The notes beneath the pieces are model-generated. The model had not been told where the DNA came from and made no database searches. It was given only the letters and a program-made list of their open reading frames with translations. Below, piece after piece: positions 46,071 to 59,797 of a DNA stretch of 64,000 nt. Location: contig CAVIIW010000008.1 in NCBI GenBank assembly GCA_963643255.1, forward strand, positions 8,553-72,552, read 5' to 3'. A program made the position numbers and the translations under genes. This DNA comes from Candidatus Methanomethylophilaceae archaeon (GTDB lineage: Archaea > Thermoplasmatota > Thermoplasmata > Methanomassiliicoccales > Methanomethylophilaceae). Each line of letters opens with the position of its first letter. Position 1 is the stretch's first letter.

Positions 46071-48809
46071 ATGCCGTTCGAAGTTCTTTCTCCAGCCATA
46101 GTAGAAGTTCTTCGGCAGCACGGTATAACCGAGCCTACCGAACCTCAGAAAGATGCCATCCCCAGGATCTCAAGAGGAGAAAATATCCTGCTTGTAGCAC
46201 CGACAGGTATCGGTAAAACCGAAGCCGCAATACTGCCTATTCTCAACTCCATCTACAATGACGGAAAGAAAGGCGGAATCAGATGTATTTATGTCACACC
46301 CCTCAGAGCGTTAAACCGCGATATGCTGAAGAGGATGGAAGATTACGGCGAAGCTTTGGATATTTCCGTAGGAGTAAGACACGGAGATACACCCGCCGCC
46401 GAACGTAACAGACAGTCATTACACCCGCCGGAAATTCTGATTACGACTCCTGAAACACTTCAGGTACTTTTCACAGGAAAAAGACTGATTGAACACCTGA
46501 AGCACGTAGAATGGTTCGTTGTCGATGAGATTCATGAATTAGCAACAACCGAAAGAGGCGCTCAGATGAGTGTCGCCATGGAAAGACTGACCGCTTTGGC
46601 GGGAGAATATCAGAGAATCGGACTGTCTGCAACAGTGGGAGACGTAAACGAAGTGGCGGGATTCCTCTCCGGAGTGGGAAGGAAAGTAACAATCTGCAAG
46701 CACGATACGTTCAGAAGTTATGAGATTGACGTAGAATGCCCTCAGGCCTGCGAAGATTCCGTTCTTTTGGATAAGTTACAGTGCGATCCCGATATGCTTG
46801 CGGTGATGATAAGAGCAAGAGAACTCGTGGAAAAAGGAAGATCCACGTTGTTTTTCGTGAACACAAGAGAAACAGCCGAATGGATGGCTGCGAGATACCA
46901 TCTTTGGGATCAGGATTTATCAATCGATGTCCACCACGGTTCTTTATCGAAAGAGAACAGGACGGACATGGAAGACAGATTCAAGAGAGGAGAGGTCAAA
47001 GCGTTGATCTGTACGTCTTCTCTGGAACTGGGAATCGATGTCGGAAGTACCGATTTGGTGATACAGTACAACTCACCGAGACAGATTTCAAGGATGATTC
47101 AGCGTGCGGGACGTGCGGGACACCGTGTAGGCGGACTGATACGTGCGAAGATTATCGCAACATCTCCCGACGAAGTCTCGGAAGCATTGGTTGTTGCGAG
47201 AAAAACCGATGCGAAAGAACTTGAAATCAAGAAAGGGAGGCCGTGTCCTCTCACTGTTGTCGCCAATCAGCTTATAGCGATGACAATGAGCGGTCGTGTA
47301 ACACGCGAAACTGCTTTTTCAATGTTCAGAAAATCCTATGTTTTCAAAGATCTCGAAAGAAAAGACATGGATGCCGTTCTCGAACAGCTGAAATCAATCA
47401 AGATGATATTCGAGGACGATGACGGATTCAAACGTTCCAAGAAAGGAATGAACTACTTCTACAGCAACATCTCGATGATTCCCGATGAAAGAAACTACAT
47501 GATAAGAGACATCGGAACAAGAGCGGTTATCGGTACTTTGGATGAGAGTTTTGTTGCTACTTTTGCCGAACCCTATGCGATGTTCATCGCGAAAGGAAGG
47601 ACATGGCGTATAGTTGAGATGAGAGAAGAAGAAATTCTTGTCGAAGAAACAGGAGAAATCGGTTCGGTTCCTTCATGGGCAGGTTCTGACATTCCCGTTC
47701 CGTTCGAAGTCGCTATGGAAGTCGGAAGACTGAGAAGATTGAGAAATCTCGACGATTATCCCGGAGATGAGGGGGCAAAACAGCGCGTACGTAATTTCCT
47801 CGATGAACAGAAAGGCCATATTGTTCCCACCGACAAAACAGTAACAATAGAAATCGGAGACCGCCTTGCAATCGTGAACGCATGTTTCGGTACACGTGTG
47901 AACGAAACTTTGGGAAAAATCTACGCAGCACTGCTTACGGCACGTCTCGGAGAGAGTGTGGGGGTATCCGCGGATCCGTACCGCATTATGATTGAACTTC
48001 CGAGAAACATTGACAAAAAGATTCTCATGAGTTCCGTCACATCCGTGAAGCCCGGAACCGTTGAAGGATTAATCAGACTCACAATAAACAACTCCACATT
48101 CCTGAAATGGAGATTCGTCTACGTTGCGAAGAAATTCGGAATTATAGAAAAAGACGCAGACCACCGTTTCATGAACTTCGGAAGACTTTTCGATATGCAC
48201 AAAGACACCCCTGCATACACCGAAGCGCTGAATAAAGTGCTGTGGGAGGATTTGGATATCGAGAATACCGAAAAGGTTGTGTCGATGATAGCCGACGGAA
48301 GGATTTCCGTTGAACTTACAACTATTTCTCCGATCGGAATGGAAGGAATAACAAGATCCAAGGAACTTATGCAGCCGTTACGTGCAGATCATTCGATTCT
48401 CATGGCGCTGAAGAAGAGACTCGAAGGCGAACTCATGTTCGCTTCATGTCTCAGATGCAGAACTCAGTGGAGAGTGAGAGTCGCAGACGCTCCGAAACGT
48501 TTCATCTGTCCGAAGTGCGGCGGAAACATGGTTGCCGTTCTGAAAGAATACGACAGAGATAAGATCAAGCTCTTCGCGAAAGAGGAACTTACAGACGAAG
48601 AGAAGAAAGAAACCGCGCGTGTTGTCAGGATTGCCAACTTAGTCAATGAAAACGGCAGGAAAGCCTGTATGGCATTGGCGGGAAGGGGAATAGGTCCGGA
48701 TTCCGCATCGAGGATCTTACGCACAATGCACATCGACGAAGACGATTTCTTAAGAGACATCCTCGGAGCCGAAGTTCTGTATGCGAAAAACAAGAGATTC
48801 TGGGACTGA
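46071..48809 (+). CDS. lhr: Lhr-type large SF2 DNA helicase
   Basis: ITEPTEPQKDAIPRISRGENILLVAPTGIGKTEAA, DEIHEL, helicase-C motifs (QRAGRAGH), a long Lhr-like C-terminal region and a Zn ribbon (CLRC...CPKCGG). The protein is 912 aa. Confidence 0.85.
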   Translation: MPFEVLSPAIVEVLRQHGITEPTEPQKDAIPRISRGENILLVAPTGIGKTEAAILPILNSIYNDGKKGGIRCIYVTPLRALNRDMLKRMEDYGEALDISVGVRHGDTPAAERNRQSLHPPEILITTPETLQVLFTGKRLIEHLKHVEWFVVDEIHELATTERGAQMSVAMERLTALAGEYQRIGLSATVGDVNEVAGFLSGVGRKVTICKHDTFRSYEIDVECPQACEDSVLLDKLQCDPDMLAVMIRARELVEKGRSTLFFVNTRETAEWMAARYHLWDQDLSIDVHHGSLSKENRTDMEDRFKRGEVKALICTSSLELGIDVGSTDLVIQYNSPRQISRMIQRAGRAGHRVGGLIRAKIIATSPDEVSEALVVARKTDAKELEIKKGRPCPLTVVANQLIAMTMSGRVTRETAFSMFRKSYVFKDLERKDMDAVLEQLKSIKMIFEDDDGFKRSKKGMNYFYSNISMIPDERNYMIRDIGTRAVIGTLDESFVATFAEPYAMFIAKGRTWRIVEMREEEILVEETGEIGSVPSWAGSDIPVPFEVAMEVGRLRRLRNLDDYPGDEGAKQRVRNFLDEQKGHIVPTDKTVTIEIGDRLAIVNACFGTRVNETLGKIYAALLTARLGESVGVSADPYRIMIELPRNIDKKILMSSVTSVKPGTVEGLIRLTINNSTFLKWRFVYVAKKFGIIEKDADHRFMNFGRLFDMHKDTPAYTEALNKVLWEDLDIENTEKVVSMIADGRISVELTTISPIGMEGITRSKELMQPLRADHSILMALKKRLEGELMFASCLRCRTQWRVRVADAPKRFICPKCGGNMVAVLKEYDRDKIKLFAKEELTDEEKKETARVVRIANLVNENGRKACMALAGRGIGPDSASRILRTMHIDEDDFLRDILGAEVLYAKNKRFWD

Positions 48810-49493
48810 TCAGAGAAGGTCGCCTTTCTTGGTGAATTCCTTCTTCTTCTCGGGAGCTTCGATAGGTCTCAGTTCGACAACGGTTTTTGCCAAAAATCCT
48901 CTTGATATGACGTAAACTTCCGAGGATGTGGGTCTTGACGCATCGGGAGAATGGACTTTCACGCTTCTGAAACGTTTCTCGAGTTCTTTCTTCAGTTCGG
49001 GGAACATGTCACCCATGAAGACCTTCATGACCATCTTACCGTCTTTCTTCAGAATCCTGTCGCAGACATCGACTGCAAACATACACAGATGAATCGATCT
49101 TGCGTGATCCGTTGCGTACGCACCGGCGATGTTCGGAGCCATATCGGAAAGAACAACGTCTGCTTTTCCTCCGAATTTTTCCAGAAGTTCCAGCATGGTT
49201 TTGTCGTCGGTGATGTCACCGATGATTGTAGTGACTCCTTCCATAGGTTTGATAGGTCTGAGATCTACGCCGATGACTTTTCCCGTCTCACCGACACGTT
49301 CCTTGGCTACCTGCAGCCACCCTCCGGGAGCTGCACCCAAATCCACGACGGAATCCCCTTCTTTGAAAATGTTGAAACGGTCGTCTATCTGCATTATCTT
49401 GAACGATGCCCTCGAACGGTAGTCGAGCTTCTTTGCGAGCTTGTAATAATGCTCATGATGCCTCTCGTCGAGCCATCTCTCATGCAGGGACAT
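48810..49493 (-). CDS. rlmE: 23S rRNA 2'-O-ribose methyltransferase RlmE/FtsJ
   Basis: YRSRASFKIMQIDDRF...VVDLGAAPGGWLQV...VLSDMAPN are FtsJ motifs. Confidence 0.88.
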   Translation of the reverse strand: MSLHERWLDERHHEHYYKLAKKLDYRSRASFKIMQIDDRFNIFKEGDSVVDLGAAPGGWLQVAKERVGETGKVIGVDLRPIKPMEGVTTIIGDITDDKTMLELLEKFGGKADVVLSDMAPNIAGAYATDHARSIHLCMFAVDVCDRILKKDGKMVMKVFMGDMFPELKKELEKRFRSVKVHSPDASRPTSSEVYVISRGFLAKTVVELRPIEAPEKKKEFTKKGDLL

Positions 49494-49512
49494 GATTCCA
49501 CCTTACGTACGT

Positions 49513-50283
49513 CTATGCTTTATCGGTTTCGTCGGTATCTTCGGGATGAATGTACTGACCGTGGCCTTGTGTGCTCCTGTTGTAGTCGATTGCATTCACA
49601 GGACAGCGGTGGTAGCAGCCCAAACACATTATGCACTGCTCGGCATCCCACAGAGGTTTTCCGTCGACCATTTTTATGATTTTCAGAGGACATCTCTTCA
49701 CACATAATTTGCATCCGATGCATGCGTCGGAAACAGTGAACTTGTCCGTTTCTCTGGCTCTGTCGTATACGCGGTAGCTGAATTTGGCAAGGAATTTCGG
49801 TTTTCTGCTCTTGATGAAGTTACCTTTGTCCTTGTTCCGGATGTGTTCGATTATCCCGTCTATCATCCTGTCGGCAATCTCGTTGGTGGCTTCCATCCTT
49901 GATTTGTCGTTATAATCCATCACGGGGGCCCATGAATCGGGCATTTTCACACCGAATTTCGCATCGATCCTGAGTCCGCGCTGTTTCATGATGTCTTCCA
50001 CCATTTCCGCAGACATTCCCGCGTTTCCGCCGTATGTGGAAACGAAATAGAAGTATGTGTCCTCGCCGATGAACATCTTCACGGATTTCAGGAAATTATC
50101 CATTATCGTGGGAATTCCGTAGAAATATGTGGGACATACAATGCCGAATCTTCCTCCGGAACGTGCCTCCACAGTCCTGTCTGTTTTCAGTTCCTCTATG
50201 GAACGGGCCCAGTCGTCGGTCGCTTCCGCGATTCTGTGTGCCACGTGTTTGGAATTGCCTGTTGCTGAGAAGTATATTATCAT
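49513..50283 (-). CDS. EFR1-type flavodoxin-like / 2x[4Fe-4S] ferredoxin fusion protein (paralog of 41609-42361)
   Basis: From Met MIIYFSATGNSKHVAHRIAEA. The C-terminus carries CIGCKLCVKRCP and CIMCLGCYHRCP. Confidence 0.7.
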   Translation of the reverse strand: MIIYFSATGNSKHVAHRIAEATDDWARSIEELKTDRTVEARSGGRFGIVCPTYFYGIPTIMDNFLKSVKMFIGEDTYFYFVSTYGGNAGMSAEMVEDIMKQRGLRIDAKFGVKMPDSWAPVMDYNDKSRMEATNEIADRMIDGIIEHIRNKDKGNFIKSRKPKFLAKFSYRVYDRARETDKFTVSDACIGCKLCVKRCPLKIIKMVDGKPLWDAEQCIMCLGCYHRCPVNAIDYNRSTQGHGQYIHPEDTDETDKA

Positions 50284-50364
50284 CGGACGGTGCCTCCTTC
50301 GGTTTGATATCATCGTCAGCATAACCTATAAAGGCATTGGCCACATTCCTTTCACAAGGATACC

Positions 50365-51384
50365 ATGGCGGACAGTTGGACCTATGCCAAAGCGGGCGTC
50401 GACATAGACGCGAAATCAAGTGCCATCGAATCATTGGTCAAAGAACTCAGCTTCAAGAGAGAAGGCATCGGTCAGATGGTTCGCATGAAGGGGCTTTTTG
50501 CGAGTCTTATCGATTTCGGAGATAATTATCTCACATTGGCTACGGACGGCGTGGGAACGAAGTTACTCATAGCCGAGGAACTCAACAAATGGGATACCGT
50601 CGGTATCGACTGTATCGCGATGAATGTCAACGATACGATCTGTGTCGGTGCGGAACCGATATCGTTTGTCGACTATATTGCAATCAACAAACCCGATGAT
50701 GCTATCACCGAAGCGATAGGAAAAGGTCTCCGCGACGGTGCCGAAATGTCCAATATGGAGATTGTCGGCGGAGAAATTGCGGTTCTTCCCGAAATGGTGA
50801 ACGGCGTGGATCTTTCGGGAACATGTCTCGGTTTTGTTCCCAAAGACAAGGTGATTACAGGTCAGACCTGTAAGAAAGGAGATCTGATTGTCACACTGAA
50901 GTCTTCGGGAATCCACTCCAACGGACTTACTCTTGCGAGGAAAGTCTTCGAGAACGCAGGATACTCCATGAAAGACAAAGTATCCGGACTGAAAGGAACG
51001 GTGGGAGAGGAATTACTTACGCCCACCAAGATTTACGTTAAAGACGTTCTCAAAATTATCAGGGAACATGAAGTCCACGGTCTTGTCGATATCACGGGAG
51101 GAGGCCTCAGGAACATCCTGCGCATGAATCCTTCCTGTAAGTACGTAATTGACGATCCTCTCGAACCTGCACCGATTTTCAAGAAGATCCAGGAACTCGG
51201 AAACGTTACCACAGAGGAAATCTATCAGACTCTCAACATGAGCATGGGATTCGACATCATTGCACCTGCGGACGAAGCGGAAGCGATTGCAAAGGAATTC
51301 GATGACGCTTACGTTGTGGGACGTGTCGAAGAAGGCAAAGGCGTTCTTTATCAGCCTGACAACATCCTCTACGAGCATTACTGA
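50365..51384 (+). CDS. purM: Phosphoribosylformylglycinamidine cyclo-ligase (AIR synthetase)
   Basis: YAKAGVDIDA..., LATDGVGTKL, DCIAMNVNDT and SSGIHSNG are present in 339 aa. Confidence 0.92.
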   Translation: MADSWTYAKAGVDIDAKSSAIESLVKELSFKREGIGQMVRMKGLFASLIDFGDNYLTLATDGVGTKLLIAEELNKWDTVGIDCIAMNVNDTICVGAEPISFVDYIAINKPDDAITEAIGKGLRDGAEMSNMEIVGGEIAVLPEMVNGVDLSGTCLGFVPKDKVITGQTCKKGDLIVTLKSSGIHSNGLTLARKVFENAGYSMKDKVSGLKGTVGEELLTPTKIYVKDVLKIIREHEVHGLVDITGGGLRNILRMNPSCKYVIDDPLEPAPIFKKIQELGNVTTEEIYQTLNMSMGFDIIAPADEAEAIAKEFDDAYVVGRVEEGKGVLYQPDNILYEHY

Positions 51385-51920
51385 TCGAGGATCGCATGTA
51401 ATGCGCCCGTAACGGCGCCTACGGCAGTACAGGTTTCCAGTGAATACCTTCCGTCGGTAATGTCGAGATTGTACTTCGGAATCGATGCCGGAGCTTTCGG
51501 AACACCGTGGGGGCCGAGACCGAAGAGTAAGAGAATACTCTGTCCGTGCGATACCATATCGGCCGTCTGACGTAATGTAATGGATTTCTTGGAATCGGGT
51601 TTGCTTGTAGTGAGAATTACCTCTCCCAACTGCGGAGGGAATCCTTTCTCGGGGTACGGGAAACTGAGGAATCTGCCCATTTCCGCAAGATCCATGAAAT
51701 AATCTCCGTGGGAGCCGATACTTGTAGTCCCTGCAACCCATTCCGCCAATTCCTTGGGCTGTTTAATGTCTTCAGGGAACGGGAAACCGAAGAGCGCAAG
51801 ATTCATGTCAAACGCCATCGCAAGCCCTCCTGCCCTGGCTATGGCCCTTCTGTGGGGCTCGCGGAATTTCTGCGGATCGTATGAGTTGTAAAGGCCCAAC
51901 GTAATTCTTCCTCTTCCCAT
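51378..51920 (-). CDS. Conserved archaeal hypothetical protein (possibly a SPOUT-like fold, DUF531-like)
   Basis: 180 aa. The C-terminal pattern LLLFGLGPHGVP...DIT...YSLETCTAVGAV resembles a trefoil-knot methyltransferase tail. This is a weak assignment made by eye. Confidence 0.45.
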   Translation of the reverse strand: MGRGRITLGLYNSYDPQKFREPHRRAIARAGGLAMAFDMNLALFGFPFPEDIKQPKELAEWVAGTTSIGSHGDYFMDLAEMGRFLSFPYPEKGFPPQLGEVILTTSKPDSKKSITLRQTADMVSHGQSILLLFGLGPHGVPKAPASIPKYNLDITDGRYSLETCTAVGAVTGALHAILDQ

Positions 51921-51923
51921 CGT

Positions 51924-52088
51924 TTACACTTCCTGTATGTCGACCAACGGCCTCGCCATTATGGCTCTTGCATCTCCGTCGATGTAGATTTCCATCCCGG
52001 GATTTTCTTCGCGGTACCTCTCCATAATGTGCATAATCTGCGAAAGTGTCAGATCGGGGTCGCTCACATCCATCAGGAACTCGTCCAT
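51924..52088 (-). CDS. Hypothetical small ORF (54 aa), below the ORF-track size cut-off
   Basis: My translation is MDEFLMDVSDPDLTLSQIMHIMERYREENPGMEIYIDGDARAIMARPLVDIQEV*. Its stop is 3 nt before the next gene's ATG. The listed ORF 51808-52113 in another frame looks non-coding (Arg/Gly/His-rich). Confidence 0.35.
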   Translation of the reverse strand: MDEFLMDVSDPDLTLSQIMHIMERYREENPGMEIYIDGDARAIMARPLVDIQEV

Positions 52089-52129
52089 GGTACCATCTGT
52101 GTGAATATATCAAGAAGATAAAAGGAGAT

Positions 52130-52206
52130 TGGTGCCGCGAGCCGGGATCGAACCAGCGACTTCATGATCTTCAGTCATGCACTCGTACCTGCTGAGTTAC
52201 CGCGGC
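52130..52206 (-). tRNA. tRNA-Phe (anticodon GAA), CCA encoded
   Basis: The reverse complement is GCCGCGGTAACTCAGCAGGTACGAGTGCATGACTGAAGATCATGAAGTCGCTGGTTCGATCCCGGCTCGCGGCACCA. It folds into a cloverleaf by hand with anticodon loop CTGAAGA. Confidence 0.93.
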
Positions 52207-52248
52207 GTAAACCTCCCAATGGTGAATCCATATTTAAAATTTGATGAT

Positions 52249-52274
52249 ATGCAGGCGGGTGAAACCGCCTGCAT
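52249..52274 (-). terminator. Perfect 10-bp stem-loop at the end of the gyrB-gyrA-small membrane gene unit
   Basis: atgcaggcgg-gtgaaa-ccgcctgcat overlaps the stop codon. A T-rich stretch follows on the transcribed strand (caaattttaaatat). Confidence 0.45.
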
Positions 52275-52523
52275 CAATGTGTTTTCGGTGATTTTCTGCG
52301 TCCGCCGAATCTGCGTTTCTTCTTCGTACCGCCCGGAATGTATCTGATGTATCCGTCGGTATCGGGAGAGGATCTGAAGACTGCGTACAGTAAAATCACC
52401 GAAATTACGGCCAATATTGCACAGCTGCAGAGCAGGGATATCCTGAAGGCACCTGAGGCGTCTGAGAGCAGTATCAGTACAAGGACGGCCGCGACTGCAG
52501 CCGTCTGTACCGATGCGACGATC

Positions 52524-52546
<23 letters not shown>
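52274..52546 (-). CDS. Hypothetical small two-TM membrane protein with a basic tail
   Basis: 90 aa with two hydrophobic helices and the tail [16 protein letters not shown]. The start overlaps the gyrA stop by 23 nt. Confidence 0.45.
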
Positions 52547-56967
<4,421 letters not shown>

Positions 56968-57102
56968 CTATAGCCTGTTGTTATATAATATTACGCGCGC
57001 ACGTATACGCGCGTTTCTTATTTATTTAGTGAATGATAAACTCAATCGGTAAAATTTTTAGTACCGCCTAATTTATATATTATTTAGTCATCACTAAAAT
57101 TT

Positions 57103-57360
57103 ATGGTAACAGGTATTCATCAGAATTCCGGGAGTGGAGCTACCACCCTCAAAGATATCAGAGTCGGGGAAACCGTTAAAGTTGTGAGACTTAACGGCAG
57201 CGGCCCTGTAAGGAGACACATTATGGACATGGGCATCACAAAGGGATGCAGCGTCTACGTCAGAAAAGTAGCGCCTCTGGGAGATCCTATTCAGATTTCC
57301 CTCAGAGGATATGAACTGAGTCTGAGAAAGGCGGAAGCCGAGATGGTAGAAGTCGCTTGA
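57103..57360 (+). CDS. feoA: Ferrous iron transport protein A
   Basis: 85 aa with an SH3-like FeoA pattern: LKDIRVGETVKVVRL...RRHIMDMGITKG...V...APLGDPI. Confidence 0.85.
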   Translation: MVTGIHQNSGSGATTLKDIRVGETVKVVRLNGSGPVRRHIMDMGITKGCSVYVRKVAPLGDPIQISLRGYELSLRKAEAEMVEVA

Positions 57361-57376
57361 CAGAAAGGTGAAAATA

Positions 57377-59497
57377 ATGGGTCTAAGAGTAGCGCTGGCG
57401 GGTAACCCGAACAGCGGAAAAACAACACTGTTTAACAAACTCACGGGCGCAAAACAGCACGTGGGTAACTGGCCCGGTGTCACTATTGAGAGGAAAACCG
57501 GTACCATCCGCGGAACAGACGCGGAATTGGTCGATACACCCGGTATCTATTCTCTCTCGCCGTACACACCGGAAGAGATTGTAACAAGGAACTATATCAT
57601 CGGAGACTCACCCGATGTTATCATCGACATCGTCGATGCATCGAACATCGAGAGAAATCTTTACCTGACACTTCAGCTTCTCGATCTGAACACACCCGTC
57701 GTGGTCGCACTGAACATGATGGATGCAGTCGAGAAGAACGGTGTGAAGATCGATGCGAAAGCACTGTCTGACACACTGGGATGTTCGGTTATTCCGATTT
57801 CCGCTCTCAAGAGCGAAGGTCTCGAAGAACTTATCGCAGCGGTTGTCGAAGCCGGAGGAAAGAGTGCCCCCGCTCCGATGAAAATGAGCGATAACATCGA
57901 GAAATTGGTTTCTCTTGCCGAGAAGCAGATTGCTCCGAAGGTTCCCGAGAAATATTCAAGATGGTTCGCCATCAAAGTAGTCGAAAACGACGAAATTGTT
58001 CTGGACGGACTTAACGAAGAAAGAGCTGCCATTGAGAGCGAAGTCAAAACTCTGGAAACGGAACGCGACGACGACATGGCCGCAATTATCTGCGACGCAA
58101 GATACAGCGCGATTGAAAACATCGTCACAAAATGCGTCAAAAAGAACACCGCGGAAGGTACTGAAACACTTTCCGAACGTGTCGACAAAATTATCACCAA
58201 CAGGATTCTGGGTCTTCCGATTTTCATTGCAATTATCGGTGCCCTCTTCATGGCAATTATCGGTTTCGGAGACTACCCCGGTATCGGTACATATTTCACG
58301 GATCTGCTCAACGGATGGATTGAGGAAACACTTCAGCCCGGCGTAGCCGATTGGTGTGCAAGTATGGAGGTCAGCGGTGAGCTCACATCGTTGCTTGTCG
58401 ACGGTGTCGTAGGCGGTGTAGGTGCCGTTATCGGTTTCCTTCCCCAGATGCTCATACTGTTCCTTGCATTGTGTATCCTTGAAGATATCGGATACATGGC
58501 AAGGGCCGCATTCATCATGGACCGTGTCTTCAGGTTCTTCGGTCTCTCCGGTAAATCATTCATCCCTCTCCTCGTCGGAATCGGATGCGGTGTTCCCGGA
58601 ATTATGTCCACAAGGACAATCGAGAGCGAAAGGGACAGAAAGATCACAGCCATGACTGTCACATTCATGCCCTGCGGAGCAAAAGTTCCTGTCATCGCAA
58701 TGATTGCAGGTGCACTGTTCCACAACAACGGTCTCGTCGCACTGTTTGCATACGTTATGGGTATCGTCGCAGTGCTCATCTCAGGTATCATCCTCAAGAA
58801 ATTCAAGAAGCTTTCAGGAAAGCCCGTTCCCTTCATCATGGAACTCCCGCCCTACCACGTACCCAGCTGGATTAACGTCCTCAAGGGAACACTCGACAGA
58901 GGCTGGGCATTCGTGAAGAAGGCAGGTACACTGATCCTCTTCTCGTCGATCATTATCTGGGTTCTTTCAAGTTACGACCTCAGCTTCCACTACATCGACA
59001 GCAGCGCAACGTCAGGTTCGATTCTCGAATCCTTCGGACGTGCAGTCTGTATCCTCTTCCAGCCCCTCGGATGGGCCGACAACTGGCAGTTCACAGTAGG
59101 TTCGATTACAGGTCTTATGGCCAAAGAGAACCTCATCAGCACACTTGCCGTGTTGGTTTCCGAAGGAGACGAAGAAGAAGGACTGTTTGCAATGCTTCAG
59201 CTTATGACAACACCCGCAGCGGGTCTGTCCTTCATGATGTTCAACCTCCTCTGCGCTCCCTGCTTCGCAGCAATGGGTGCAATGCACAGAGAACTCGGAA
59301 CGTGGAAGGCAACAGGTGCAGCCGTTGCATACCAGTGCATATTCGCTTACGCCGTGGCGTCAATCGTATATGTTATTGCGGCAGTCTGCATGAATGAGAC
59401 AACGGGAGTCTCAAGTTGGATCGTAGCGTTGCTCGCGATTGCGGCAATCGGTGCGCTCTTACTGCTTAAGGATCCCTACAAGGAGGAAGCCGCATGA
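57377..59497 (+). CDS. feoB: Ferrous iron transporter B
   Basis: The G-domain reads VALAGNPNSGKTTLFN...DTPGIYSL...NMMD and is followed by a polytopic membrane domain. The ATG at 57377 is preceded by GGTGA; the track start at 57368 is a GTG. Confidence 0.95.
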   Translation: MGLRVALAGNPNSGKTTLFNKLTGAKQHVGNWPGVTIERKTGTIRGTDAELVDTPGIYSLSPYTPEEIVTRNYIIGDSPDVIIDIVDASNIERNLYLTLQLLDLNTPVVVALNMMDAVEKNGVKIDAKALSDTLGCSVIPISALKSEGLEELIAAVVEAGGKSAPAPMKMSDNIEKLVSLAEKQIAPKVPEKYSRWFAIKVVENDEIVLDGLNEERAAIESEVKTLETERDDDMAAIICDARYSAIENIVTKCVKKNTAEGTETLSERVDKIITNRILGLPIFIAIIGALFMAIIGFGDYPGIGTYFTDLLNGWIEETLQPGVADWCASMEVSGELTSLLVDGVVGGVGAVIGFLPQMLILFLALCILEDIGYMARAAFIMDRVFRFFGLSGKSFIPLLVGIGCGVPGIMSTRTIESERDRKITAMTVTFMPCGAKVPVIAMIAGALFHNNGLVALFAYVMGIVAVLISGIILKKFKKLSGKPVPFIMELPPYHVPSWINVLKGTLDRGWAFVKKAGTLILFSSIIIWVLSSYDLSFHYIDSSATSGSILESFGRAVCILFQPLGWADNWQFTVGSITGLMAKENLISTLAVLVSEGDEEEGLFAMLQLMTTPAAGLSFMMFNLLCAPCFAAMGAMHRELGTWKATGAAVAYQCIFAYAVASIVYVIAAVCMNETTGVSSWIVALLAIAAIGALLLLKDPYKEEAA

Positions 59498-59676
59498 GTA
59501 TAGGGGACATCATCGTTGTAGTCGGGATTTCCATCGCCGTCATAGCGGCGATGTATGTCCTGATACGCGGTAAGAAGAAGGGAAGTTCGTGCTGCAACTG
59601 CGGAGGCGGTTGTACAGGATGCACGGGTCAGTCTCTTCTGAAACTCGTCAACGAATCTGAGAATAAGAAAGATTGA
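59494..59676 (+). CDS. FeoB-associated Cys-rich small membrane protein
   Basis: One TM helix is followed by GSSCCNCGGGCTGCTG. The protein is 60 aa and overlaps the feoB stop. Confidence 0.7.
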   Translation: MSIGDIIVVVGISIAVIAAMYVLIRGKKKGSSCCNCGGGCTGCTGQSLLKLVNESENKKD

Positions 59677-59703
59677 AGCAACGAAACAAACGCCTTAACA
59701 GGG

Positions 59704-59752
59704 CCGGATACTCTCAACGTCGGGTGTCCGGTCCGACCCTTCTTTTATTTTT
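59704..59752 (+). terminator. Hairpin plus T-rich tract after the feo operon
   Basis: ccggatac...gtgtccgg forms an 8-bp stem with one G-U pair. The tract tcttttattttt follows at 59741-59752. Confidence 0.4.
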
Positions 59753-59797
59753 CCGACACAATAAGAATAATAACAATACAGCCGATGGGGTGTATCG

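Noticed and set aside
51013-51741. 242-aa minus-strand ORF
   Set aside because: It overlaps purM (plus strand) and the DUF531-like gene in another frame. It is Arg/Cys-rich and implausible as a protein.
59677-59797. TPP (THI-box) riboswitch upstream of thiC
   Set aside because: I could not find the conserved CTGAGA / ACCTGATCTGGATAATGCCAGCG-type core. The region holds only a hairpin plus T-run, which fits a feo operon terminator, and an AT-rich promoter-like stretch.
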